Positions 16,167 through 24,588 of a stretch of 44,212 bases of DNA are shown in pieces. The notes beneath the pieces were generated by a model. It did no database searches, was not told the DNA's origin, and worked only from the letters and a program-made list of their open reading frames with translations. Source of the DNA: Gemmatimonadales bacterium (GTDB lineage Bacteria > Gemmatimonadota > Gemmatimonadetes > Gemmatimonadales > GWC2-71-9); the NCBI GenBank assembly GCA_038216165.1, contig JBBQQJ010000002.1, forward strand, positions 1 through 44,212, given 5' to 3'. Numbering within the stretch: position 1 is the stretch's first letter; the number at the start of each line of letters is the position of its first letter. A program made the position numbers and the translations under genes.

Positions 16167-17002
16167 TGGCCACGCCCACCCTGACCCAGCACACCATCCC
16201 CGGCGCGCTCGGCGAGATCCTGATCGACGTCCGGGCCGGCTCGCGTGCCCAGGCGCAGCCCGCGGTGCTGCTTGTCCATGGATTCAAGGGATTCAAGGAC
16301 TACGCTTTTCTCCCGGTCTTCGCCGAGCGGCTGGCGCGCTCCGGGTTCGTGGCGGTCACGACCTCGGTGAGCGGGGCTGGCGTGGATGCGGAGGGGGAGT
16401 TCAGCCGGCTCGAGCGTTTCGCCGTGAATACCTACTCGAAGGAGCTCGACGATCTCGGGGCAGTGCTCCGGGCCCTCGGCGCGGGCGATCTCGGTGTCGC
16501 CGCCCCCACCAGTCTCGGCGTGGTCGGGCATTCACGTGGGGGGGGGATGGCGCTCTGCCTGGCACGCGAGACACCGGCCATCCGGGCCGTTGCCACTTGG
16601 GCCGCCATCGGCCGCGCGCGGCGCCACACCGACGCCGAGCTCGCGACGTGGCGCGCGCAGGGCACCATCCGGATCCTGCACCAGCGGCTGCGGATCCACC
16701 TGCCGCTCGCCTTCGACGTGGCGGAGGATTGTCTGGCGCATGAGCACGGCCGCCTCGACATCCCGATGGCGGTGGCGGAGCTGGCCCGGCCGTGGTTGCA
16801 GGTCCATGGGATGGCGGATGAGACGGTGCCCTTCGCCGAGGCGAAGGCGCTCCGCCAAGTGGCGGGCCCGGGGCACATCTCGCTCATGCTGGAGGGGGCC
16901 GACCATACCTTTGGAACTTCCCATCCGTGGGCGGGTCCCACGCCGCACATGGCCACGGTGTTCGACGAGACGGCGCGGTTTCTGGCGCGTCACCTGGAGT
17001 AG
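16166..17002 (+). CDS. alpha/beta-fold hydrolase
   Basis: LLVHGFKGFKD, nucleophile elbow GHSRGGG, C-terminal D...H. Start overlaps the ldcA stop (TGATG). Confidence 0.8.
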   Translation: MATPTLTQHTIPGALGEILIDVRAGSRAQAQPAVLLVHGFKGFKDYAFLPVFAERLARSGFVAVTTSVSGAGVDAEGEFSRLERFAVNTYSKELDDLGAVLRALGAGDLGVAAPTSLGVVGHSRGGGMALCLARETPAIRAVATWAAIGRARRHTDAELATWRAQGTIRILHQRLRIHLPLAFDVAEDCLAHEHGRLDIPMAVAELARPWLQVHGMADETVPFAEAKALRQVAGPGHISLMLEGADHTFGTSHPWAGPTPHMATVFDETARFLARHLE

Positions 17003-17004
17003 GC

Positions 17005-17226
17005 ATGCCGCTCTTCGATTTTCGCTGCACCGCCTGCGGCCGCGTCTTCGAGCAGCTTGTGCGCACCGACGACGTGGTGAGCTGCCCGGACTGCCGAGCC
17101 ACCACTGCCGATCGGCTCCTGGCTGCCCCGGCGCGCCCCGCGCGACGCGGGGCCGGGACGCCGGACCTGGGCAAATTCGGGCCGCCACCGGGTGGTGGGT
17201 GCTGCGGAGGCGGGTGCGCGCATTGA
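17005..17226 (+). CDS. FmdB-family zinc-ribbon protein (CxxC...CxxC)
   Basis: MPLFDFRCTACGRVFEQLV...VSCPDCR is the FmdB/CxxC_CxxC_SSSS signature, with a Gly/Cys-rich tail GGGCCGGGCAH. Internal ATG at 17005 within ORF 16927..17226. Confidence 0.75.
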   Translation: MPLFDFRCTACGRVFEQLVRTDDVVSCPDCRATTADRLLAAPARPARRGAGTPDLGKFGPPPGGGCCGGGCAH

Positions 17227-17804
17227 GCGCGTTCGACGACTTGCTCGACACCCTCGCCCGGCGGCATCCGCAGGCCCTGGACGACCCGACACGTCCCCAG
17301 GCCGCCGTGGCGATCCTCCTCGCGCCCGACCCGGCGCGCCTCCTGCTGATCCGCCGTGCCGAGCGTGTCGGTGACCCGTGGTCGGGCCAGCTCGCACTGC
17401 CGGGCGGACGGCGCGAAGGACAAGACGCCGATCTCCTTGCGACGGCGCTTCGCGAGACCGAGGAAGAGGTCGGACTGCGCATCGGGCGCGAGACCCTTCG
17501 GGCCACGCTCGATGACCTGGCCCCGGTCATTCCGGTGCTCCCGCCAATCCTCGTCCGACCATTCGTGCTCCGCGTCGGCTCCGGACTGGCGGCGGGGCTG
17601 AGCCGCGAGGTCGCCGCCGTGAGTTGGGTGACGCTCGATCGGCTCATCGCGCCCGAGGCCTATCGCCCCGCGACCCTCACGGTGCGCGGCGCGCCGCGTG
17701 AGGTGATCGGCTATCACCTCACGGAGGGCCTCCTCTGGGGGATGACCGAGCGGATCCTCGCGCCGCTGGTGGCCGAGTGGCGCCTGCTCGTCGGGCACCG
17801 GTGA
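17214..17804 (+). CDS. NUDIX hydrolase (CoA pyrophosphatase-like)
   Basis: Nudix box GGRREGQDADLLATALRETEEEVGL. Start uncertain (GTG 17214 or TTG 17223) and overlaps the zinc-ribbon stop. The rest of the 436-aa ORF 16494..17804 is out-of-frame overlap with the hydrolase gene. Confidence 0.8.
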   Translation: MRALSAFDDLLDTLARRHPQALDDPTRPQAAVAILLAPDPARLLLIRRAERVGDPWSGQLALPGGRREGQDADLLATALRETEEEVGLRIGRETLRATLDDLAPVIPVLPPILVRPFVLRVGSGLAAGLSREVAAVSWVTLDRLIAPEAYRPATLTVRGAPREVIGYHLTEGLLWGMTERILAPLVAEWRLLVGHR

Positions 17805-17854
17805 GGCACTCCCGCCGGGTGATCGGTGCACATCCCTTCCCATGGAGTCTGCTG

Positions 17855-19111
17855 ATGCGTCAGGTCGTGCCGGTCCTTCTCCTTGCCTTCGGCGCTGTGG
17901 CCTGTGCCGACACTCCCCCCCCCAGTGAGGGCGGCCTGGTCGTCACCCGCGATTCCACCGCCGACTCGCTGTTCGTCACGATCACCGGCGAGGTGCCGGC
18001 GGCGGACGTCCGGCAGGTCGTCGAGGAGCTGCGGATCGCGCCGGGGATGGACGACACCACGTTGTTCACGACGGCGTGGGGGTTCGAGGTGGACGCGAAT
18101 GGGCGCACCTGGGTGTTCGACCAGGACACCAAGGCGATCTTCCAGTTCGACGCCACGGGGGAGTTGGTCAGGCGGATCGGCCGCAGCGGGGGCGGGCCGG
18201 GCGAGTTCCAGTCCAACAACGGGATCGCCGTGCTGCCCGACGGGGGGATCGCGCAGTGGGATGGGCAAAACGGCCGGCTGTCGTTCTTCGACAGCGCCGG
18301 GAGCTTCGTCGAGAGTTGGCCGATCGCGTCCGGATTCGGCACCTCGAATGGCGTGGTGACAGACCGCACCGGTCGCATCTACCTCCACCAGCCCGTGACC
18401 GAGCGCACCGAGACCGACATCCACGGTCGCGTCGGATTGGTGCGGCTGTCGCCCGGCGGTGCCTTTGGCGACTCGCTTGTCCCACCGGACCTCGGTGTGG
18501 AGGCGGTGGCCTACGTGGCGCGCATCGAGGGCCGCAGCTCGAGCGCCCGGTCGCGGTACGGTCCGCAGCGCCACTGGGCGTGGCACCCGGACAGCGGGTT
18601 TGTCCTGGGGCACGGGGGCACCGGCGACATCGTGGTGACCCGTGCGTCGGGGGTCCCCCTGGTGATTCGTCGTCGGGCCTCGGCCGTGCCGGTGGATGCT
18701 GATGAGCGGACGACCGAGGAGCAGCTCATCACGTGGTGGATGCGCCGGATGCAGCCGGACTGGAACTGGAGCGGGCCGGCCCTTCCCACGACCAAAGCCC
18801 CGCTCACGGCGTTGCAGGTGGCGCAGGATGGCCGGATCTGGGCCCAGGTGCCGGTCGAGTCCGAACTGATCCCCGCGGCCGAGCGCACGCCGCCCCGCGA
18901 CTCGACCATGCCGGTCTACCGCCACCGAATGCCGAGTGTCCATGAAGTTTTTGGAGGGGATGGCACCCTTCTGGGCCGCGTCGCGTTGCCGTCGGGTGCG
19001 TGGTGGATGGAAGCCCGGGGCGACTTCATCTGGGCACTGGTCACCGACGAGAACGGGCTGCCGGCGGTGGTGCGCTATCGGGTGAAGCCGGGGTTCGGGG
19101 ACAAACGATAG
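17855..19111 (+). CDS. six-bladed beta-propeller lipoprotein (NHL/TolB-like)
   Basis: Internal ATG at 17855 with GGAG upstream; lipoprotein signal MRQVVPVLLLAFGAVAC. Repeated blade motifs (GGGPGEF, DANGRTWVFD, PDGGIAQWD, DRTGRIYL). Confidence 0.75.
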   Translation: MRQVVPVLLLAFGAVACADTPPPSEGGLVVTRDSTADSLFVTITGEVPAADVRQVVEELRIAPGMDDTTLFTTAWGFEVDANGRTWVFDQDTKAIFQFDATGELVRRIGRSGGGPGEFQSNNGIAVLPDGGIAQWDGQNGRLSFFDSAGSFVESWPIASGFGTSNGVVTDRTGRIYLHQPVTERTETDIHGRVGLVRLSPGGAFGDSLVPPDLGVEAVAYVARIEGRSSSARSRYGPQRHWAWHPDSGFVLGHGGTGDIVVTRASGVPLVIRRRASAVPVDADERTTEEQLITWWMRRMQPDWNWSGPALPTTKAPLTALQVAQDGRIWAQVPVESELIPAAERTPPRDSTMPVYRHRMPSVHEVFGGDGTLLGRVALPSGAWWMEARGDFIWALVTDENGLPAVVRYRVKPGFGDKR

Positions 19112-19125
19112 AGTCCGCCCGACAC

Positions 19126-19153
19126 TTGACATGAGGATGTGCCACCTTAAGAT
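19126..19153 (+). promoter_or_regulatory. sigma70-like promoter, probably producing a leaderless tlpA transcript
   Basis: Perfect -35 TTGACA (19126..19131), 16-nt spacer, -10 TAAGAT (19148..19153) in a locally AT-rich patch. The GTG start at 19160 is 7 nt downstream and has no Shine-Dalgarno. Confidence 0.4.
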
Positions 19154-19159
19154 TTAGTT

Positions 19160-19687
19160 GTGCCTAAATTGCTCGGCTGGTTCATATCCCTCACCATTGC
19201 GACGGCGCCCGTTGCCGCGCAGGACCGCGCTGCGCCACTGCCCCGGAACTGGCGGGTCATGGAGCTGTCGGGGGCCCTCACCTCCTTGGCTGCCGACTCG
19301 GGCAAGGTTGTGGTCGTCAACGCCTGGGCGACGTGGTGCCTCCCCTGCCGGGTGGAGCTGCCGACCCTCGCCGCCCTTGCTGATTCGGTCGCGGGCGATG
19401 GGGTGGTGGTTCGGGCGATCGCGCCGGAGGCGCGCGAGGTGGTGGCCCGCTGGGCCCGCACCCACCGCGTTGCGCTGCCGCTGTTCGTGGAGATCGAGCA
19501 GTTCCCCTCCGCCTGGCGGCTCGACGCCCTGCCTCGCACCTGGATCCTTGATCGCGACGGTCGCCTCCTGTTCACCCATCGTGGCGCCGCGCGTTGGGAC
19601 CACCCGGCGGTGATTGCCTACCTGCGGGACGTCGCCCGGGGCAAAGTGGTGGCCGTGCCGCCACTCTCGCCGGTGGGTGCGTCCTGA
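19160..19687 (+). CDS. TlpA/ResA-like periplasmic thiol:disulfide oxidoreductase
   Basis: Signal peptide MPKLLGWFISLTIATAPVAAQ and thioredoxin active site VVNAWATWCLPCRVELP. GTG start. Confidence 0.85.
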   Translation: MPKLLGWFISLTIATAPVAAQDRAAPLPRNWRVMELSGALTSLAADSGKVVVVNAWATWCLPCRVELPTLAALADSVAGDGVVVRAIAPEAREVVARWARTHRVALPLFVEIEQFPSAWRLDALPRTWILDRDGRLLFTHRGAARWDHPAVIAYLRDVARGKVVAVPPLSPVGAS

Positions 19688-19695
19688 GGGGCGCC

Positions 19696-21864
19696 GTGCT
19701 GAGCCTCCTCGCGGCGTGCGGTGCTGGCCCCCTCGCGGCGCAATACGAGGTGCGCGGGACCGTGCGCGCCGACGCCGCGCCGCTCGTCGACGCCCGGGTG
19801 GAAGCGGTCGGACCGACGCGCGTGATCACCACCACCGACAGCGCCGGACGCTGGAGCCTGCGGCTGGCGTCGGGGGCATGGCAGCTCCGGTTCGCCGCCA
19901 TCGGGCACACGCCGGAGCGCCGCGCGGTGGAGATCCGCACCGACACGACCCTCCAGCCGGTGACCTTGCGCGGTCGACCGGCGGAGATGGACCAGTTGGT
20001 GGTCACCGGCACGATGGCCGAAGCCACCGTGGCCGACGTCCCCGTGAAGGTGGAGGTGATCCTCGCCCGCACACTGCAGCGCAACCTGACCAACAACCTG
20101 ATGGAATCGGTGCGCACCCTGCCGGGGTTGCAGGAGCAGGTGGACTGCGGGGTCTGCTACACCAACTCGATCCGCATCAACGGGATGGAGGGGCCCTACA
20201 CCGCCGTCCTGATCGATGGGGTCCCGCTGATGAGCGCGCTTGCGACCACCTACGGTCTGAACGGCATCAACCCAGCGATTCTCGACCGGGTGGAGATCGT
20301 CAAGGGCCCGGCCTCCACGCTGTACGGCTCGGAGGCGATGGGCGGGGTGATCAACGTGATCACGCGCGACCCGCGCTTCGCCCCCCGGTGGTCGCTCACC
20401 ACCTATGCCACCTCGCACGGTGAGGTGAGCACCGACGTCGCCGCGGCACCGGCGATCGGCAGCACGCGGCTCCTGCTCAGTGGATCTCTGGCGCGGAATG
20501 ATCGCTTCGTCGATGCCAACAACGATGCCTTCAGTGATCTGCCGTTGGTGACCCGCGGGGTGGTGTTTGCGAAGTGGTCGGTCGGGAGCGCCGCCCACCG
20601 GCTGGCCGACGTGAGCGCACGCGTGTATCACGAGGACCGCTTCGGAGGTGTCCGTGCCTGGCGCCGTGCCGATCGCGGCAGCGGTGTCGTCTATGGCGAG
20701 TCGATCATCACGGCGCGGCAGGAACTGATCGCCGGGGTGACCCCGGGGTGGCTCGACCGGAGCATCCAGCTCGAGGCGGCGTTCAACCGGCACCGCCAGG
20801 ATTCATGGTACGGCACCTCGCGCTATGTCGCGGCACAGGACGTGGCGTTCCTGCAGGCACGGTGGGCGCCGCGCGGCAACGGCGTGCTGCGCCCGCTCGC
20901 CGGGGTGACGGCCCGCTACCAGCGCTACGACGACGACACGCCTGCCACCACCACGGCCGATCGCCGATTCGTGCCCGGCGTCTTCGCTGAGCTCGAGGCG
21001 GCGGCACACGCGCGCCTGACGCTGCTCGGGGGGGGGCGACTCGATCACCACGCCGACCATGGTCTGGTCCTCTCGCCCCGGCTCGCCCTCAAGTGGGACG
21101 TCACTGACGCATCCTCTCTGCGCCTCAATCTGGCTACCGGCTTCCGGGTGGTGAACCTCTTCACCGAGGACCACGCCGCCCTCAGCGGGTCGCGCCAGGT
21201 CGTGATCGCGGAGGCGCTGCGTCCGGAGCGGAGCGTCACCGCGACCGTTTCCTACCGGACCGCCACCGGGGTCGGGGCGGTGCCGATCGTGCTCGATGTG
21301 GACGCCTTCGCCACGCGCTTCGGCAATCGGATCCAGCCGGATTACGACAGTGCCCCGAACCTGATCATCTATCGCAACCTCGACGGCTCGGCGTGGACGC
21401 GGGGCCTCTCGCTGGGGTTGACTGTCGATCCGGCGACCGCGCCGGTGGCGGGGCGAATCAGCGCCACCGTCCAGCGCGTCACGCGCACCGATGGCGGGCG
21501 CACCACCGCGATCCCGTTCGCGGCAAGCTTCAAGGGCGACCTGACGCTCACGTGGGCGGTGCAGGGCGATGACCTCACCCTCGACTGGACCGGTCGGGTG
21601 GTCGGGCCGATGACGTTGCCGACGCATCCCGGGCGCGCCGCGCGCTCCCCCTGGTTCACCGAACAGAACGCGCAGGTCACGCGGCGGCTCGGGGGCGAGG
21701 CCTTCCTGATCGTGGGGGTCAAGAACCTCTTCGACATGCGCCAGCGCGACCCGCTGGTCGCACCCGACGACCCGTTCGGCCCGGACTTCGACACCAACTT
21801 CGTCTGGGGGCCCACCCAGGGGCGGCGGGCCGTAGTCGGCGTCCAGTGGAACGCGGGACGCTAG
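19696..21864 (+). CDS. TonB-dependent receptor with N-terminal carboxypeptidase-regulatory-like domain
   Basis: CarboxypepD_reg (VRGTVRAD...TDSAGRWSL), TonB box-like DQLVVTGT, plug motifs INGMEGPYTAVLIDGVP and IVKGPASTLYGSEAMGGVINVIT, then a beta-barrel to the C-terminus. I chose GTG at 19696 (signal VLSLLAACGAGPLAAQ); ATG 19594 would overlap tlpA by 94 nt. Confidence 0.85.
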   Translation: MLSLLAACGAGPLAAQYEVRGTVRADAAPLVDARVEAVGPTRVITTTDSAGRWSLRLASGAWQLRFAAIGHTPERRAVEIRTDTTLQPVTLRGRPAEMDQLVVTGTMAEATVADVPVKVEVILARTLQRNLTNNLMESVRTLPGLQEQVDCGVCYTNSIRINGMEGPYTAVLIDGVPLMSALATTYGLNGINPAILDRVEIVKGPASTLYGSEAMGGVINVITRDPRFAPRWSLTTYATSHGEVSTDVAAAPAIGSTRLLLSGSLARNDRFVDANNDAFSDLPLVTRGVVFAKWSVGSAAHRLADVSARVYHEDRFGGVRAWRRADRGSGVVYGESIITARQELIAGVTPGWLDRSIQLEAAFNRHRQDSWYGTSRYVAAQDVAFLQARWAPRGNGVLRPLAGVTARYQRYDDDTPATTTADRRFVPGVFAELEAAAHARLTLLGGGRLDHHADHGLVLSPRLALKWDVTDASSLRLNLATGFRVVNLFTEDHAALSGSRQVVIAEALRPERSVTATVSYRTATGVGAVPIVLDVDAFATRFGNRIQPDYDSAPNLIIYRNLDGSAWTRGLSLGLTVDPATAPVAGRISATVQRVTRTDGGRTTAIPFAASFKGDLTLTWAVQGDDLTLDWTGRVVGPMTLPTHPGRAARSPWFTEQNAQVTRRLGGEAFLIVGVKNLFDMRQRDPLVAPDDPFGPDFDTNFVWGPTQGRRAVVGVQWNAGR

Positions 21865-21902
21865 CAGCGAACCCCGGGCCCTCGCACGGGTACCTTCCGT
21901 CC

Positions 21903-22727
21903 GTGCCTCGCCTTCTGCTGCTCCTTGCGCTGTTCCTTCCCGTCGTCGCCGCGGCGCAGGCCCCCATGGACGTGGCGGTGGAACGGCGCCTCGCCGAGCT
22001 GCTCCGCCTCGAGGTGGGCGACAGCATCACGGTGGCGGCGGAGCTCGACGCACCAGCCCACCCCGCGCGTGTGGCCGCGATCTACGAACCGCGGGCCGAC
22101 CCCGCAACGATCATGCGGCAGGACTACCGCGTCCGCTTCCACCTGCCCGACCTCGCCACGCTGCTGGGCACACCGGACCGGGTGGATCGCATCGGCCTGG
22201 CGCTGCGCCCGGGGGTTGATCCCGACAGCGCCGCTGCCCGGTTGCAGCGCACCGCCTTCGGCTATGACCTCCTTCCCACCGCTGCCGTGGCGGCCGAATC
22301 GTCCACGACCTTCGCCGTGGTGTCGCGCTTCCACCGGGCCATCGCGATCATCGCCATCCTCGCCTCGGCGATCTTTCTGCTCTGCCTGATGCTCCTCAAG
22401 GTGGAGGCCCGGAAGCTCGATGTCGCGATGCTGCGCTTCACGGGGATCTCCCGTGCCACGGTGGCCAAGGCCTTGGTGCTCGAGGCCACGGTGATCGCCG
22501 CGGTCGGCTCGGTGGTGGGCGTCGTCCTCGCCGCCGGGGCGAGCGCCGTCGTGAACTGGCACTACCGCCGCCTCTTCGACACCACGCTCCTCTTTTCCCT
22601 GCTCGCGCCCGACACCGTGCTCGCTGCAGTCGTCCTCTCGCTGGTGCTCGGCGTCGTGACCGGCGCCGTCGCAGCCTGGCGCCTTGTACGAGTGGCGCCG
22701 CTCGAACTCTGGGGGCGGCGCGGATGA
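21903..22727 (+). CDS. FtsX-domain ABC transporter permease, short form
   Basis: N-terminal hydrophobic segment PRLLLLLALFLPVVAAA, a periplasmic domain, then a C-terminal 3-TM FtsX-like block (IAIIAILASAIFLLCLML...LVLEATVIAAVGSVVGVVLA...). Start GTG 21903 or GTG 21846. Stop overlaps the next start (ATGA). Confidence 0.7.
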   Translation: MPRLLLLLALFLPVVAAAQAPMDVAVERRLAELLRLEVGDSITVAAELDAPAHPARVAAIYEPRADPATIMRQDYRVRFHLPDLATLLGTPDRVDRIGLALRPGVDPDSAAARLQRTAFGYDLLPTAAVAAESSTTFAVVSRFHRAIAIIAILASAIFLLCLMLLKVEARKLDVAMLRFTGISRATVAKALVLEATVIAAVGSVVGVVLAAGASAVVNWHYRRLFDTTLLFSLLAPDTVLAAVVLSLVLGVVTGAVAAWRLVRVAPLELWGRRG

Positions 22728-23917
22728 CGTGGAACTGGGCCTGGCGCGATCTCTGGCGGCATCGCGGGCGCACCCTCCTCGCCCTCCTCGGCGTGGGGGT
22801 CTCGGCCGCATTGCTGCTCGACATGATGCTGCTCAGTGGCGGCATCGAGCGGTCCTTCGAGCGCCTGCTGCTTGGTCGCGGATACCAGCTTCGCGTCTCG
22901 CCGGGCGGGACCCTGCCGTTCGACACCGAGGCGACGCTCGGCGGGGTGACCATGCTGGTGGCGGGACTGCGCGCCGACCCGGAGGTGGCGGCGGCCGGGG
23001 CGATCCTGGGGACTGCGGTGCAGGCGGTGGCCGAGAGCGGTGGGATGGTCGGTCTGGTGGGCTACGGCGTGCAGCCCGAGGCACAGGGGATCTACGTGCT
23101 CGACGCGGGACAGGACCTGCGTCCCGATGATGCTGCCGGCGTGGTCCTTGGCTTGCCGGCCGCGCAACGGCTTGGCGCCGCGGTTGGTGACACGGTGCGC
23201 CTCCTTGGCCGGCTCGATCCGCAGACCGCCGCGCCGGTGGCCGAAGCACGAGTGGTGGTGCGCGGGCTGGTGCGGTTCCTCTACGATGCGAAGGATCAAC
23301 CTTCGCTGGCGATGTCGCTCGTCACGGCCCGCCGCCTCGCCGGGCCGGCCCTCGACGATCGGGCCAGTGTGCTGATGGTCCGGGTGGTCGAAGGCGTGGC
23401 CCCCGCAGCGGTCGCAGCGCGGCTCCAGGCCGCCTGGCCCGGCGTGGGCGTGAGCAGTGTGGACGAACTGGTGGCCCAGTTCCGGCTCCGGCTCACCTAC
23501 TTTCGCCAGCTCTCGCTGATCCTCGGGGTGATCGCGCTCGTGGTGACCGTACTGCTGGTGGGCACGCTGCTCACCATCACGGTGCACGAACGGCTCCCGG
23601 AGATCGCCACCCTGCGCGCCATCGGCGTGGGGCGCGGCACGATCCTCGGGCAGGTGCTGGCCCAGGGTGCACTCCTGGTGATTGGGGGGGGGATCATCGG
23701 CATCGCCCTCGGCCTCGGGACCGCCCGCTGGCTCGACACGATCCTCACCGCCTTTCCGGGGCTCCCCGCCTCGGTCTCGTTCTTCGTGGCTGCTCCGCGG
23801 CCGCTCGCCCTCGCGGGCGCCACGCTGCTCCTCACCGGATTGCTCGCCGGACTCTGGCCCGCATGGCAGGCGGCACGCGCCCCGATTGCCCACACCCTGC
23901 GCCAGGAGGCGACATGA
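22724..23917 (+). CDS. FtsX/MacB-type ABC transporter permease
   Basis: WRDLWRHRGRTLLALLGVGVSAALL N-terminal TM, a periplasmic domain, and C-terminal FtsX helices with the conserved E...LRAIGVGR loop. Confidence 0.85.
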   Translation: MTWNWAWRDLWRHRGRTLLALLGVGVSAALLLDMMLLSGGIERSFERLLLGRGYQLRVSPGGTLPFDTEATLGGVTMLVAGLRADPEVAAAGAILGTAVQAVAESGGMVGLVGYGVQPEAQGIYVLDAGQDLRPDDAAGVVLGLPAAQRLGAAVGDTVRLLGRLDPQTAAPVAEARVVVRGLVRFLYDAKDQPSLAMSLVTARRLAGPALDDRASVLMVRVVEGVAPAAVAARLQAAWPGVGVSSVDELVAQFRLRLTYFRQLSLILGVIALVVTVLLVGTLLTITVHERLPEIATLRAIGVGRGTILGQVLAQGALLVIGGGIIGIALGLGTARWLDTILTAFPGLPASVSFFVAAPRPLALAGATLLLTGLLAGLWPAWQAARAPIAHTLRQEAT

Positions 23918-24588
23918 CGCCGGTGCTCGCCGCGCGCGACGTGACCAAGGAGTTCCCGCTGCACGAGCGTCGCGTCGCCGCGCTGCGCGGCGTCACCCTC
24001 ACCGTCGATGCGGGGGACTACCTCGCCATCGTCGGCCCGTCAGGGTGCGGCAAGTCCACGCTGCTTACGTTGCTCGGCGGGCTCGACCACCCGACTGGCG
24101 GATGCGTCGAACTGCTCGGCACCGACCTCACCACCCTCGATGACCGCGCGCTCACCCGGCTCCGGCTCGAGCGGATCGGCTTCGTGTTCCAGCGCTTTCA
24201 CCTGCTGCCGGTACTCACCGCGCGCGAGAACGTCGAGCTGCCGATGGCCGAGGCGGGCGTCCCGCGCGACGCCCGACGGGCACGGGCGGAGGAACTGCTC
24301 GCCTACGTCGGTTTGGCGGAACGGACCGGACATCGCGCGACCCAGCTCTCCGGCGGTGAAATGCAGCGCGTCGCGATTGCCCGGGCGCTCGCCAACCGTC
24401 CGGCCATCGTGCTGGCCGATGAGCCGACGGGTGAGCTCGACGCGGCCACGGGCGCGGGGATCCTGTCCCTCTTCCGGCGGTTGCATGCCGACGGCACCAC
24501 GCTCGTGGTGGTGACCCACGACGACCGGCTCGCTGCCGAGGCGCGCCGTGTGGTGCGGATGCAGGACGGGCGGATCCTTCCCGGATGA
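23914..24588 (+). CDS. ABC transporter ATP-binding protein (MacB/LolD-type)
   Basis: Walker A GPSGCGKST, Q-loop, signature LSGGEMQRV, Walker B IVLADEPT, H-loop VVTHD. ATGA overlaps at both ends. Confidence 0.92.
   Translation: MTPVLAARDVTKEFPLHERRVAALRGVTLTVDAGDYLAIVGPSGCGKSTLLTLLGGLDHPTGGCVELLGTDLTTLDDRALTRLRLERIGFVFQRFHLLPVLTARENVELPMAEAGVPRDARRARAEELLAYVGLAERTGHRATQLSGGEMQRVAIARALANRPAIVLADEPTGELDAATGAGILSLFRRLHADGTTLVVVTHDDRLAAEARRVVRMQDGRILPG

Noticed and set aside
16532-19132. Minus-strand ORFs 16532..17647 (371 aa), 16884..17843 (319 aa) and 17714..19132 (472 aa)
   Set aside because: They are antisense to the hydrolase, zinc-ribbon, NUDIX and beta-propeller genes, which have clear motifs and start-site signals. 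The antisense products are Arg/Pro-rich.
19618-23893. Minus-strand ORFs 19618..20793 (391 aa), 20803..21627 (274 aa), 21861..22811 (316 aa) and 22562..23893 (443 aa)
   Set aside because: They are antisense to the TonB receptor and FtsX permease genes and have no motifs. The plus frames show plug/barrel and TM patterns and ATGA coupling.
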